DNA of 64,000 bases, from assembly GCA_964035545.1 (NCBI GenBank), contig OZ037770.1, positions 1,550,001-1,614,000 of the forward strand, read 5' to 3'. A program made the position numbers and the translations under genes. The notes under the pieces were generated by a model. It was not told the origin of the DNA. It made no database searches and worked only from the letters and a program-made list of their open reading frames with translations. Below, in pieces: positions 28,701 to 43,500 of this stretch. The first letter of the stretch is position 1. Every line of letters begins with the position of its first letter. Source of the stretch: Bugula neritina (Eukaryota > Animalia > Bryozoa).

Positions 28701-29809
28701 ATTAAATTTTTCTTTCAATTATTTTCCGAAACTATTGTGTGTAACACAATGCTACTTTAAATCTTAATTAAACAACTTGGCTATATAATTACAGGTTATT
28801 AACTAAAGCTTGCCAATTTTCACAAAAGCTAAACTTCAGAATAAGCAATTTTGGCTTTCTTTGTTGATAGCCTACCATGATAGAGAGCAATCCAGTAAGT
28901 TGAGTATGGGGTAAATGTTTCAATTTGTTTTAAGTTTCATCAACAGCTCTTTCAGTAGCTCTTTTCACAAATTGATAGAATAAAATAATGCAAAATATTG
29001 AGGTAGAGATACAAACTGAACAACAATGTATGGTGCTACCATTAAACATGTTTTTACTTTGAGAATATTTTAAATTTGATTTATCTTGTAAGAGCAAAAT
29101 GTAACAGGTATCTAGTCATAAAAAGCAATTTGAATCCTCTGTCTGCAAGCCAGAGTATGGCAAGTAAAGCACCCTGGACTATCAATAGGTTACAAGTGCT
29201 AGATGGTGCTAGATAGTGCTAGTTCTTCATTCTTAAAGCCTAGGGCCTAGAGTAAATAGAACAGCCTACAAACTAATAAATAATTAGGTAACTGACTGAA
29301 TAGATAGAACAAACACTGCTACACTGCAGGAAAGCTTCAAGTGAAACTATTAGAAACAATATAACAGTTGTTCTTTCCACAACTGAAATGTTAATTTAAC
29401 TAAAGAAAACTTTTTTTGATATAAAATACAAAATTATACAACTTTTCATGATTTATTCTGTACTTTATGATTAGTTTTGCAAAATAAATGGCTTGCTCTA
29501 TGTTTCATTATTCAGCCAGAGCTGCACGGCAACATCAAACAGTTTTACAAAATGCAATTTATCTTCGTTAAAAAGATTTCTTGCTGGTATGGAGTTTCAG
29601 CAAGTTGAAAAAATGTGTTTAAAGTTTACATTTGTTAGGTATAATATTAATTCTTTGGGGAATTGCCAGCAAAATTGCTTCAAACTTCATGTCCTATGTT
29701 ATACTTATTGTAGTTGTTGTTGTCCTTATGTAGCCCTTTGTGTATCTCTATAAGGTTGGAGCCTGTTATTAGCTCTATAATGAAAGCCATTACCTCTAAA
29801 ATTACTTAG

Positions 29810-32207
29810 ACCATGTAAAAGTCAGCCAATCAGCAAAGTGTACCAGGTCAACACCCCACTAATATAGCTTATATAAAATTCTGCAAGTTCAGTTGCAAAA
29901 TGCATTCTTCTAGAAAGCAGTTGTGCAACTTTTTTTAAGTGCATTACTTTATTTCATATCTTAAATTTATGACACTCTGATGTATTTTCAAAACATCTAA
30001 AGTAAGTGTGTATAAAATGCAATTAAAAATTGCATGTCTAAAAAAATGACCTGGTACACTTTTGCAGCTGAAGGCCAGTTGTTACATAACTCTTAGCTTT
30101 ATTTGTTCTCTATTATACTAGTATGAACTCTTGTTCTCCAATATGCCAGCTTTTGGTACAGAACTCTGATTAGCTGGATTTTTGAATGGTTTTCTAATAC
30201 ATACATCTGATTGCCTGAATAGTGTACACTCCGTCTACCTTTACATGGTGCAAGCTACAAGGTAGTATTATACCATCTTTCTGTTTACCAATCTTTTGTT
30301 CATAATAGTAAATAGGCTATTCAGCAAGGATTTTATGGCATGTAAGCCATGGGAACTACTAAAGAAGTTTAATCAACCATCACTGCTGCTAATATTGCTT
30401 ATGCATCTGTCCCATTATAGTTCTTTCTACTAAACTTTGAAATTGTTTCAATAAACATTAGTAGTTAAACCACATGTATTTATTATTTATCTGTAGGGTT
30501 TAGCAGTTTACATATTTAGAAAAGATGTTTTATATAGAGTATTCATCTATCACCTAAAGTAGTTCACTTGCTGTCTTGACTTATTTAGTTAAGGTTATAA
30601 TTTAACATGCGACAATCCTATACTCAGTAAAGAATAAACTTTTTTGGTTGCAATTGTTTTTAGGAGTAAATTAGCTTCATTTATACTTGTCTTTAAAGTC
30701 TATCAAAAGTGACCACCTCATTACTAGTCATTGCCCGATAATACTTCAGTGTTTAAAGTAAGAATGATTTATACCCATTGCTTAAACACAACATTCATTA
30801 AAATTATTGTTGTTATAGCTGCATGGGTTTAAACCAGCTACTAAGTAAAGCAATAGTTGTTTGTCAGAAGTATTTGCTTAAATTCATGAACAAAGCCTTG
30901 TCTCATACAGCCAGATTACTATGCATAGTCACAACATTATGTAATGCATGTTGACACCCATTACATTCTGTTTGAATGGTAAAGTATTGGGTAAAGCCTT
31001 CAGCTAGCATTTCTTGAAAGTCCTATTGTCTGCTGGGATCTCTGCAATCTGCAGCCACCCTCTATAACTGATGAAGTCTAGTACTTTCTCTATAACTGAT
31101 GAAATCCAGTACTTTCATAAAAATTTTCTTACGATATTTTAAAGCTATGAGATTAGATCGTGTAAAAACATTATGTTATCATAAGCAGCATAAATTGCAA
31201 TTTCTCTACACCAATAATTTATGTGTTTATAATTCATTGAAAAAAAAACCTATGTTGTTGCTAAACTTCGCATTTTAAATCCTGCAAGTAAATATAATAT
31301 GACTAGTTCAACCTATTGTCCAAATATAAGAGACAAACAGTATTTTAGGTTCAGAAACGGCCAACTCAGGCTTAGCATAAGCTGCAATACAAATTTTTTA
31401 AGTTATGGTATTGGTAAGCTGAAGAATAGGGTAGTCTAAAAGAAATGCATTTAAAAACTGTACATGATAGTTTACCAAAGCTAAATCATTGAATGATTGC
31501 TTGTTATTTTCTATGAGTGAAGGAGGGATTTTATTATCTGAAGAAAATTAAATAAGTTTATATGAGAATATTGGTAGTAACACTATGATGTAGACTTGCT
31601 ATTACAAGCTAAAATATATACAGCAGAGAGGGTTGATAGTTCCCATGGCTTACATGCCATAAAATCTTTGCTGAATAGCCTATTTACTATTGTGAACAAA
31701 AGATTTGTAAACAGAAAGTTGGTATAATACTACCCTGTAGCTTGCACCATGTAAATGTAGACGAACTGTGCACTATTCAGGCAATCAGATGTACGTATTA
31801 GAAAACCATTCAAAAACCCGGCTAATCAGAGTTCTTTCTGTACCAAAATCTGGTGGCTCATTACCAGCTGGCATATTGGAGAACAAGAGTTCATACTAGT
31901 ATAATAGAGAACAAATAAAGCTAAGAGTTATGTAACAACTGGCCTTCAGCTGCAAAAGTGTACCAGGTCATTTTTGTAGACATACAATTTTTAATTGCAT
32001 TTTATACACACTCAATTTAATTGTTTTGAAAAATACATCAAAGATCATAAATTTAAGATATGAAATAAAGTAATGCACTTGAAAAAAGTTGCACAACTGC
32101 TTTCTAGAAGCATGCATTTTGCAACTGAACTTGCAGAATTTTATATAAACTATAATAGTGGGGTGTTGACCTGGTACACATTGCTGATCGGCTGACTTTT
32201 ACATGGT
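29810..32207. repeat. Long inverted repeat (~550-bp arms, ~1.3-kb spacer)
   Basis: 29810-30358 is the reverse complement of ~31636-32207 with scattered mismatches and small indels. Each arm contains a ~240-bp MITE-like unit with aaagtgtaccaggtca inverted ends. Confidence 0.85.
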
Positions 32208-34299
32208 TTTACACGCCAGCTGTTCGAGTTCTCCATAAACTTTTAGTAGTCAATTAAGTTGCTTAGCCTGGTTGGGCCCAGGCCGAGAAAGGCAATAGTA
32301 AATAAGTTGAGTCTAACCTTTTGCCATTAATTTCAAATCACAAACTTACTTTAGGTGTTTATACATAAAAATATTCAAGCATTTAATGAGCCACGGTTGT
32401 AAAAATCTTAAACTTCTTTTGCTGAGGCAGAACATTTTATTAAGTTTCCTGTGTAACAGGTTAGCTACTTGACTAATACTACATGTCTTACAATTGCTAG
32501 CCTTTGCTAAGTCTAAACTAAATGGCTGTTTTTTCTTCAAAATAGGAAAGAAAAATGTAAGTAGCTCCAAAAAAGTTAGGCAATCTAAAGACACCCATCA
32601 TTAATTTCAATTTGCCGTAGTTCTTGGCCTAATGTATTGGGATAGGAGGTTGTTAAAAGATTTTATTTTGTAAATTCTTACTTTGCCTGTCACTTAGTAA
32701 GGATAAGAGCAAATCCACTGTTAAGCTATTATACTAATTACCAAATAGCCACAATGTCCACATTCATGTCTATTTTTTAGTTGAATTGTTTAGAGATATT
32801 ACAGCTGCAAATATTTAGCCATTCTACAGTTAGCTAGTGTATTTGCTCCAACTGTGTTTACATGAGACATACTCAGGGTTTCCCCCAGCTTCTATTAATT
32901 GCATGCAACAAAATATTTCCAGCAAAATACATATTATTTATAAAAAGTACAATTTTCATTTTCTAACGCTTTTAAATATAGCTGTTCAGTAGGCAGTCTA
33001 AGTAGAATATATTGTTTGGCGTCTATATGGAGGGGATTGTCTATTTGGAATTAAACTGAATTGTTACTCTTATAGAGACGGATGACCAGTGTAACACTGG
33101 TGCTACATGCCTTTTTCAAACTTTAAAACTAGTTGCTGAATTGGTTTCCCTGTTTTGAAAATTTTTCAAGTAAAATAATGCAGCTAGAAAAAGTATTGTT
33201 CGCGCAATGGGTGAATAACAAAATCTAAACTTCTTGCTAGTCATATAATTTGACTACCAACAAAAAGAGTAAGACGTGTATAAATAGTTTTCAATAATAT
33301 GTGTTAATAACTTTGAATTCATCATCTCTACTGATTCCCATTAGATTTATTGTGAATAAAACTTGGTGTAGGGCCTATCTTATATTCTACAGGGTCTAAT
33401 ATTTAGTAGCAAAGGTAAGCTGCAAGCATTTCTTAATATTTCCTATTATAAAAGTCCGTGTTGTAGTGACAGCAGACAAGATCTCAGCTATTATGCTCTC
33501 AGTCAGTTGAAAAAGGTCTCTCATAGAGACTATAAACTCTGCGTGTACTGAGATAACACAAAACCAAGAAAAATAGAACAGCTAGCTTGAAATTTTTTCT
33601 TTATTGTACAGTATTTGAGGGTAAACTCCTTCAAAAGAATTTATAAATATGAGAGTGCTTTTGAAGTTGCAGCCAAATAGGCTAATTATAGGATTTCTGT
33701 ATAAGGTTCAAACTAAGGTACCCCTCTTAGCAGCCATTTTTAGTAAATTAAAAACTTCTAAGCTCACTTAAGTTTCCTGATTAAAATTATTATGAAGATG
33801 CAAAGAAACTAGGCCCAAAACTACAGGGGGTCTATTATCTTTTGCATAATTGTAGGGATGTGGTCTCCCTCTATAGACCTTAGTAGAAGTAATTGCAGGA
33901 ACAGATAATTTTCTCTGTTACTAGCAGTATATGTATACGAGAAATTTTGTCAAAGCTGCTATTCTGACACTGGAAAGTTACATTTCAGCTAAGTAAAGGT
34001 TGCTAGGAAACCATATAGTACTTTTAAACACTATAACTAAATTGTTAGAAAAAATGCCTGTTTCTACCAGAAGCAAAAACAAAAAATTGAGCAGCAAATT
34101 GGAAACAGCAAAAGGTATGTATCTTCTTAGGTTGATAATTTTTTTAATTTGAAAACGTGCTGCATATAACAAAAAAAACTTCTAAAGCTGAAAGTCATAA
34201 TTGCAGAGAAAGACATCAAATTAAAAATATGCAAATTAATAAACCTACTATGATACACATCAGACGCTGTGGACTGTGCTTGCTGATATAGGGCACACA

Positions 34300-36717
34300 T
34301 AGTATACATCAACTCATATGGGGCAGATATAGTATACACAGGCTTATGGGGATCGCATACATGCAGCATATATGAGCTCATAAGGGGCACATATAACATA
34401 TCTAGGCTCATAGCGGCACATAAATAGTATATGAGCTCAAAGATGGCACATAAAATATATACAAGTTCATAGGGGGCAGATATAGAATATATAAGCTCAT
34501 ATGGGGGCAGATGTAATATATATATAAGTTCATAGGGGGCAGATATAGAATATATAAGCTCATAGGGGGCAGATGTAGAATATATAGGCTTATAGGGGGC
34601 AGATATAGAATGTATAAGCTTATAGGGGGCAGATATAGAGTATATATAGGCTTATAGGGGGCAGATATAGAATATATAGGCTTATAGGGGGCAGATATAG
34701 AATGTATAGGCTTATAGGGGGCAGATATAGAATATATATAGGCTTATAGGGGGCAGTTATAGAATATATAGGCTCATAGGGGGCAGATATAATATATTAT
34801 ATAAGCTCGTAGGGGGCAGATATAAAATATATAGGCTTATAGGGGGCAGATATAGAACGTATAGGCTTATAGGGGGCAGATATAGAATATATATAGGCTT
34901 ATAGGGGGCAGTTATAGAATATATAGGCTCATAGGGGGCAGATATAAGATATTATATAAGCTCATAGGGAGCAGATATAATATATATATATATAAGTTCA
35001 TAGGGGGCAGATATAATATATATATAGGTTCATAGGGGGCAGATATAGAATATATAGGCTCATAGGGGGCAGATATAATATATATATAAGTTCATAGGGG
35101 GCAGATATAATATATAAGTTCATAGGGGGCAGATATGGTATATATAGGCTCATAAGGGGCAGATATAATATATATAAGCTCACAACAACTCAAATATAAT
35201 TTTTTTAACGGAGATGCAGGCCAGATTTCTATACAATAGGGGGCAGATATAATATATATATATAGGTTCATAGGGGGCAGATATAGAATACATAGGCTCA
35301 TAGGGGGCAGATATAATATATATATAAGTTCATAGGGGGCAGATATAATATATAAGTTCATAGGGGGCAGATATAGAATATATAGGTTCATAGGGGCGCA
35401 TAAAATATATATAAGTTCACAGGGGGCAGATATAACATATATAAGTTCATAGGGGGCAGATATAATATATATATAAGTTCATAGGGGGCAGATATAATAT
35501 ATAAGTTCATAGGGGGCAGATATAGAATATATAGGTTCATAGGGGGCGCATAAAATATATATAAGTTCACAGGGGGCAGATATAGTATATATAAGTTCAC
35601 AGGGGGCAGATATGGAATATATAGGCTCATAGGGGGCAGATATGGAATATATATAGGCTCATAGGGGGCAGATATAGAATATATAGGCTCATAGGGGGCA
35701 GATATAGAATATATAGGCTCATAGGGGGCAGATATAATATATATATAGGTTCATAGGGGGCAGATATAGAATATATAGGCTCATAGGGGGCAGATATGAT
35801 ATATATATAAGTTCATAGGGGACAGATATAATATATAAGTTCATAGGGGGCAGATATAGAATATATAGGTTCATAGGGGGCACATAAAATATATATAAGT
35901 TCACAGGGGGCAGATATAATATATAAGTTCATAGGGGGCAGATATAGAATATATATATAGGTTCATAGGGGGCAGATATAGAATACATAGGCTCATAGGG
36001 GGCAGATATAATATATATATAAGTTCATAGGGGGCAGATATAATATATAAGTTCATAGGGGGCAGATATAGAATATATAGGTTCATAGGGGGCGCATAAA
36101 ATATATATAAGTTCACAGGGGGCAGATATAGTATATATAAGTTCATAGGGGGCAGATATGGAATATATAGGCTCATAGGGGGCAGATATGGAATATATAT
36201 AGGCTCATAGGGGGCAGATATAGAATGTATAGGCTCATAGGGGGCAGATATAGAATATATAGGCTCATAGGGGGCAGATATAGAATATATAGGCTCATAG
36301 GGGGCAGATATAATATATATATAGATTCATAGGGGGCAGATATAGAATATATAGGCTCATAGGGGGCAGATATGATATATATATAAGTTCATAGGGGACA
36401 GATATAATATATAAGTTCATAGGGGGCAGATATAGAATATATAGGTTCATAGGGGGCACATAAAATATATATAAGTTCACAGGGGGCAGATATAATATAT
36501 AAGTTCATAGGGGGCAGATATAGAATATATAGGTTCATAGGGGGCACATAAAATATATATAAGTTTACAGGGGGCAGATATAGAATGTATAGGCTTATAG
36601 GGGGCAGATAATAAATATATAGGCTCATAGGGGGCAGATATAGAATATATAGGCTCATAGGGGGCAGATATGGTATATATAGGCTCATAGGGGGCAGATA
36701 TAATATATATAAGCTCA
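34300..36717. repeat. Minisatellite, ~28-32-bp unit catagggggcagatatagaatatataggct, with 576-bp higher-order repeat
   Basis: Tandem units are directly visible; identical translated ORFs at 35719-35904 and 36295-36480 give the 576-bp period; the right-flank sequence 36717-36770 is also present at 35183-35237. Confidence 0.95.
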
Positions 36718-37138
36718 CAACAACTCAAATATAATTTTCTTAACGGAGATGCAGGCCAGATTTCTATACAAGTTCTACCTTAAGCCCTGGCACAATTATA
36801 GCAACTGAAATGATATTATTATCAATGTAATTAAGTGTTTCCAACAGTGAAAAAAACGTTACATTAGTTTTTGGGAAGACAACTCCCTAATTTGATATTT
36901 TATAATACCATAGGGGGCTTTTTGTATATATATACAGAGCCCCCTCTGGTATTGGAAAATATCAAATTGTCCTTCTGTGAGCCTATTTTTAAAATAGTGT
37001 CTATATACCATAACAGACTGTTCTGAGTAATTTAAAACACTCAAACATGGTGCCCCCTATGAGCAGCCCCCTATGGGCATAGAGCCCCCTATGGATGTTT
37101 TACATACCAAATTGACCACCTATGAACCCAAATATGAA

Positions 37139-37233
<95 letters not shown>

Positions 37234-38002
37234 CACAGCTATAGTAATTCCTAAACGAAGAAAAGTAAAGCATATTTATAATGCGCACTATAAATTAATT
37301 ATAGATAAATTGTGACTTATATAAATACAGAATACCTGTTTTGGTTTCAAATATAATAACCATATGATTACAATTCTATGATTCTATACAAAAGTGGAGT
37401 TATATATTATAGTCTATATATATACAGACCCTTGGTACGTTGAAACTCTTAGTAGTCCAGCTTCACCATATATTCGGTCTGCAAAAAATAAACATCTTCG
37501 TTTTCACATACAATATTATATTATTATACTAAAACAATATGATTGTTATGCTGAAGCAAAAGTATATGTCATATTCATAACAAAATATAATACAATAGCT
37601 ATAAAAACTAAAATTATATTGAACATCATTTGTTGATTGTTAACATCAAGTGCAAACATTTTTTTTTATTTTTTAAGTGATCTTTTCCTGTTTTTAAAAA
37701 TTTTGAATAATGTTTTCATTATTTCAAGTAATTAAGCAAAACATAAAGTCCATTGTTTGGCTGAGCATTAAAAGTTACTCTTTTATATAGATTTTCATAT
37801 CATGGGAATCGCACAAAAAGGAAATAGCAATAAAGAGCTCAAACCTATACACCATTTTAAAAACAATAATGTATGATCACTATAATAAGTGTTAAATTTA
37901 AAGAAAACCTGAATGTAGTTAGAACTCTTTAAACCAGCTTATGTTTAATAATTGTTTTGTATTAAAATAGCTAAATTAATTAATTAAGCAGTAGTAGTAA
38001 AT

Positions 38003-38269
38003 GGTCACATTTGGTCACCTTTCACCGCCGTGGTCCTGCACGGGTGGCGGGTAAAATTCACACAAATTTATAGTCGCTATCCCTGTGAGGAAACCCCTGA
38101 TAGAAGGGGTTTTTGTTAGATTGGGCTAAAGACTTATTAAAATGAGGCACAGGAGCAATTATGACTGGATGCTCTTCCTAACATCACCAATGGCCTTTGT
38201 CTGGGCTCAAGCCCATGACCTTTGTGCTTACTAGGCAATCGCTCTAACCCCTAGACCACGGCTGCTCCC
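38003..38269 (-). mobile_element. tRNA-derived SINE, full length, 18-bp TSD
   Basis: 5' gggagcagccgtggtctaggggttagagc (A box), B-box-like ggcttgagccc, core tggtgatgttaggaagagcatccagtc; TSD taagcagtagtagtaaat at 37985-38002 and 38270-38287; absent from the paralogous flanks of A and D. Confidence 0.85.
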
Positions 38270-40516
38270 TAAGCAGTAGTAGTAAATAATTAGGTAATTA
38301 TTAGTAATTGGAGTAAAAGTGCGTTACGTAATGCACTTTTGCTTTAATTACTTCAGAATGACGTTTCCCAGCTATATATAGTCACTTGCATATGGATAAA
38401 TCGCAACTGGAAAATAATTTTTTCACTATTCATGACTTGCAGTTTCTATGAAGAAAGCATGTTTTTGCTTTGACTACCTTTCAATTACCTAATTTGAGTT
38501 AATTCAAGTACTTATAATACAGCTCAAAAACATAACTAAAAAATCAATGTTAGTTTAGTTATAATGAAACTATTTTGTTAATGACTTAAATAAATATTTG
38601 ATAAACAAAATTAATAGAGGTATCTCACGTTCAAAAGTCTCAAATGATAACTTTAAATTGGTTTGACTTCATTTTCGCTCAAATTAATTTTAATGACAAA
38701 ATTTTTAGACTCAAGCAATTTAGTATATGCTATTATAGATAACAGTAGCAAATAATTATTGTTTTACTTTCTTACCCGCTCTGGTTTTGCAAATGGAAGT
38801 GATTACAAGTGTCAGAAGTAAAGGATACAATAATGACAGGTGCTTCATTGTGTTAGCAGGTGCTTGGCAGGTAAATTGCTAGAGAGATCTTGCTGATTCC
38901 TCAAGTTGAAAATAATTGAATAAAACTCTCTATATTCTGGTGCTTTTATAATATTATCATTATGGAATGTCAGCCAATCAGCTTACAGGTACAGTATATA
39001 ATTCACAATACATCTGACGCAGCCAAATGTGTTATGATTTTATTTAAATATTCACAATGTCATGTGACTTAGCATTTCACGTTTAAACAATAAAATGTAG
39101 TATGTGGATATAAAAGGCTTCAATTATAACAAAGCTGAAAAATAAATTATCAAATAAAATTAATTTAAAGCCCTGGCTTATTGCGTACAAAAAATAACTA
39201 ATACATTTTTTGTTGTTGATCTTCCTTGATCGAAATACAGAACACAATTTATAAGACTTGTACTATTGCAATGTCAAAACTGCCAAAGAAGAGGTAGCGG
39301 ATTATAATTTTATTGCAATAATATTTTTGAGTTCCTTCAAAGCTATTTTCGTTTAGTCAGCTTAATTTAAATTTTTAATAGATAAACATTTCTAAGTTTT
39401 TTTGAGTTATAGATATTTTTCTTAATCTTTGCACAGAAAATATAACTTCTTGTAATGATTTTTGGGTATAGGATAATGATCATGTGTTTGATCCCAAAAA
39501 ACTAAAAAGTGTGTTTAGGTAATTTTTTCTTTATATTCGCAAACATGCAGTTACACATTAAATTACTCAACTTTTTTGTAATAAATACCAATGTTTTATT
39601 TATATAGTAACCATAACTTAAGCTAAATATAGGCTTTCAAAAGTTGCCTATATATATTTTAGCTGCTATATTGCTAAAATTTTCTGCAAAAGATATTTTA
39701 ATCATCAACAATGCATGCAACTATTTTTATGCTTATCATGTGTAAGGAGTTTAAGAAAATTGCTACCTTCAATAGTTTGATCTTTTGGAAACATTTAATG
39801 ATGGGTCCTATTTTGCTATAGTTTGTATTATAATAAATGGAGTAAATGACTGACCCAATTCTATCTACTATGTAAAGCAATATGTGTTTAGTAATTATTT
39901 CACTCAACTGTCCAGCAATGCAAAGTATTTATTTTAAAAATCAGTTAACAAACAGTGTTGAACATTTCCCAGTATCATTCTAACAAATGCAGTTGAATAT
40001 AAACATTGAGATATCAACAGCATTAGAAAGACTGATGCAAAGTCAAAGAATGATTCATCATCAGATTGAAAAACAATGTGTGTTCAAATCTGAAAACATT
40101 AAAGACTGATAATTCAAAAAATATTATAGTAAAACCTTACAAAAAGGAGCAATACGAAGCTTTGTTTAAATATGTTGTTTAGTAAATATATGTGGCGTCT
40201 AAAAAGCTGTTTTTGAACCTTTGAATTTATAAATTAAAAAATAACAGTGTTGGATTAACACATGGTATAACTATGGAAATTGTGAATTTAAAGTATTTTT
40301 TTCTTTATTGTTTTATGCTAAAATAAAATATGCTGCTATATAATATTTATGAATAGTATTTCATATCCTGTATATATGGCTAATATATAGTATATAGTCA
40401 CATATATATGTTATCCCTGGGGAAATAGATATCTATATATGTTTCTGCATATATCTGTGTATATGTATGTTAGTGTGTAATAATATACTAGGCAATGAAA
40501 ATCCTCACTTAATTAT

Positions 40517-43500
40517 TTAATCTATCTGATAAAACAGCACTTCTCTACAAAACCTGGGTACAATCAGAGTATTTCCTGTCACATGGAGATCATACACATT
40601 AGAATCCCTTCTTACAGTCGAATCTGATATCTCTGTCAGCAGTTTACCTAAAACAGTATAAGTCAATATACACACTGTTTCTAACAAAACACTAAATCAC
40701 CAAGATCTTCTAACTTTGTGATTTTTTATTAACTTTACTTTTTACAATAGCAAATATGGCAAGCAGACAATAACCACTTGGTGTGTGTGAATTAATATGC
40801 CATAAAATTAACCTGTGTTTCCATCCAGTATCCAGATTTTGGTGGTAGCACTCTCAATAGCTACATACACTCTCCCTTTGCAAAATGCTACATCCCGTGG
40901 TCCAGTCATATGTTCAGATGTCCATTCAACTTCTCCACTTGAAATATTCACTTTGAATACTTTAGAGGAATTGTAATCAGACACAACAACAGAGAGATCA
41001 TCTACAGCACATACTGATACTTTACTGGTACCAAGTAGAGGGCAGCTTATGTGTTTTTGTACCTTCCCAGTAAGAGAGTAGACCACCAGTCGCTTGTTCT
41101 TTCTATCTGGTATAATGATTTGATCATTAACAACAGCCAGTTTGTTGAAGTCGAGTAAGAATGTTTTAGCATCAGAATGGGTCCAGCTGGTGATGAGTTT
41201 CCCTGTCAGATCATATATTCTGACTCTGTAAGGGTTACCATATACTAAAGTATACAGTCTGTCCTTGTATACAGCTACACTGTCTACACAGTCAGTAGCT
41301 GTTTTAAACTCCCTGCTAGACTGATTATTCTCCTCTATTATAGCTACTCCCTCACCCCATAGTCCAACATAAGTATTACCCTGATAACTACAGACTGAAG
41401 TACAGTAGCCAGACACAGGAACTGTATGTAAGAGAGTTAATTGTTTAGGTAAAGTATCAGCAGTTGTCAGCTCATGCTTAGTGTGCAAAATTATCTCTGG
41501 TAATGAGACAATTTCCAATTCAATCTCTCTTCTTTCTCCTGCAAGTAAAACAAGAAGCAAATTATTGCAGCGTCATATACAATTTACAATTACAGTTATA
41601 TTAATAGTTGTGTTTAACTGTTGATACAGTATAGAATCTGCAAAATTCTCTACAAAAGGAAAAGGGAATTTCTAACAGCTATATTCACAGTACATCACGT
41701 TATATGCCTGAACTATAGTGCTGTGTTTGTTTCTTCTTTAATATAATACATTGAACTATATAAAAGGGCGTTTTAGAGCGTACATAAAACATACAACAAC
41801 ATCTAAGAATATAGTGGAACAAATTATAGGAACCTAATTGACTTCACACAATCCAATTTTGCATCAAAATATCTTGCTGTCGGTCTAGTGCATATATATG
41901 TGCATTTATAGCCGTGAGCTGTGCTACTATGTAAACTTCCATAAAAATATTTGAATTTTTTTAAAGACCGAAAGGTGTCCAGCTCACTTTCAGTCAACTT
42001 TTATAAGAGATTACTCACTTTTGACCTGTAAACCAGACTTTGATATCTCTAGAGTAGGAAACTCAATAGATAACAACTTTCTGATATCCTGCATTGTCTC
42101 CTCATGTCTTGTTACAATATCTACCTGCATAATAGATTCGTACTGACACCAGAGATTTGTATTAGTATATGCAGCATATTTACATTTCTTATTTCAATTA
42201 TCGGCATCATGTGCTAGACGTATGCAATCAAATCAAAAATATATTTTGTATATCAATTGTATTCAAAAACATAAATACAGTCTCTTTAGGCTTCATACCT
42301 GGTGATTGTGTTTATGTCTAGCCTCAATCTGTAGTCTTTGTCTAGTGAGATCAGATAATTTCACTGCAACATTTTGTTCTGTGAATCTTTCCAGTTCCAA
42401 CTTTCCATTTTCTCTCAGCTTCAGCAACTTTTCTTCCAGATTTTTGTATTTTAACTCAATACTCCAAATCTATCAATAGGATTAGTGCACGATATACATA
42501 CTCGAAAGAAAATTTCACTAAATGAAAATAATTGTTCAAAAGCATTCAAATTTTTGCCAAGCTCCTGGTTTATCTCTAAAAGTTAGTTTTCTATATTTTA
42601 ATGTACTTGTCTTTTTTGATCTGAAATTTTAATGACTTTATAGAGTTTGTATATATAACCTGTTCATCCCTTGTTCTCTGTAGTGTCTCTATCATATCTC
42701 TAGTCTCACTATCATAGTCACATAATACTCCAGTCATGTGTTTCACCAAATCCTGAAACTGATCTTCTTTCTTCAGGATTTCTGATCTCATCTCATTCAT
42801 TTCTCCAGACAGTTTAGCCACTAGCCCATTCAATGTGATCAGTTGGTGTGGAGAACCTGCATAAAAATAATTTTAATAAACAACATCCTATAATATATTT
42901 CCCACCATATACAATATGCTGCATATTTATTTGATTATATGAAATAAAATATATTTCAGTCCAAGTCTCAGTTTTTTTGACTGTTGGGTTTCATTGCTTA
43001 TTTCTTTGGTGAGTGTATATTATATATTTCAAACCTATTGACTCTGCAGATTAAAATAATATAAAAACAAAGACTTTAAGAAACAAGTATTTGGTGTGTT
43101 TTTGAACAGTCAGATAAAAAGAAACTTACCATCATCACAGTTTGGTGAGCTCTCAATGCAAGCATTACAGAGTACAGAATGACAACTCCTACATGCCATG
43201 ACATAGGGTAGTTCGGGATGTTTAGAGCATAGCCTGGTTTCTAGTTTTCTAGCCTCCACTCTGTAGTCAGCCATTGTAATCATAGGGTGGGGTCCATGGA
43301 GTTCATCATGAGACTGTGATATACAAGCTTATATAAATAGCTGTAACCAATATACATGTTTAGCGACAGTTAGGCAACACTCCTTCAAAAATTCTAGCTC
43401 TTGAGGTCTTTATTTAAAATAATTAGCACTGTAATATATAATTTGAATTACATTGCCCTGTATCTGCTATACTGTATAGTTGGGAACAAACAGTGGTGAT

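Noticed and set aside
31060-31116. Two CTGATGA motifs suggesting a hammerhead
   Set aside because: A ~28-bp tandem duplication without stem II or a correctly placed GAAA/NUH.
34127-36728. Repetitive MNLYILYLPP ORFs and a CRISPR-like appearance
   Set aside because: Translations of the minisatellite; there are no unique spacers or cas genes and the DNA is eukaryotic.
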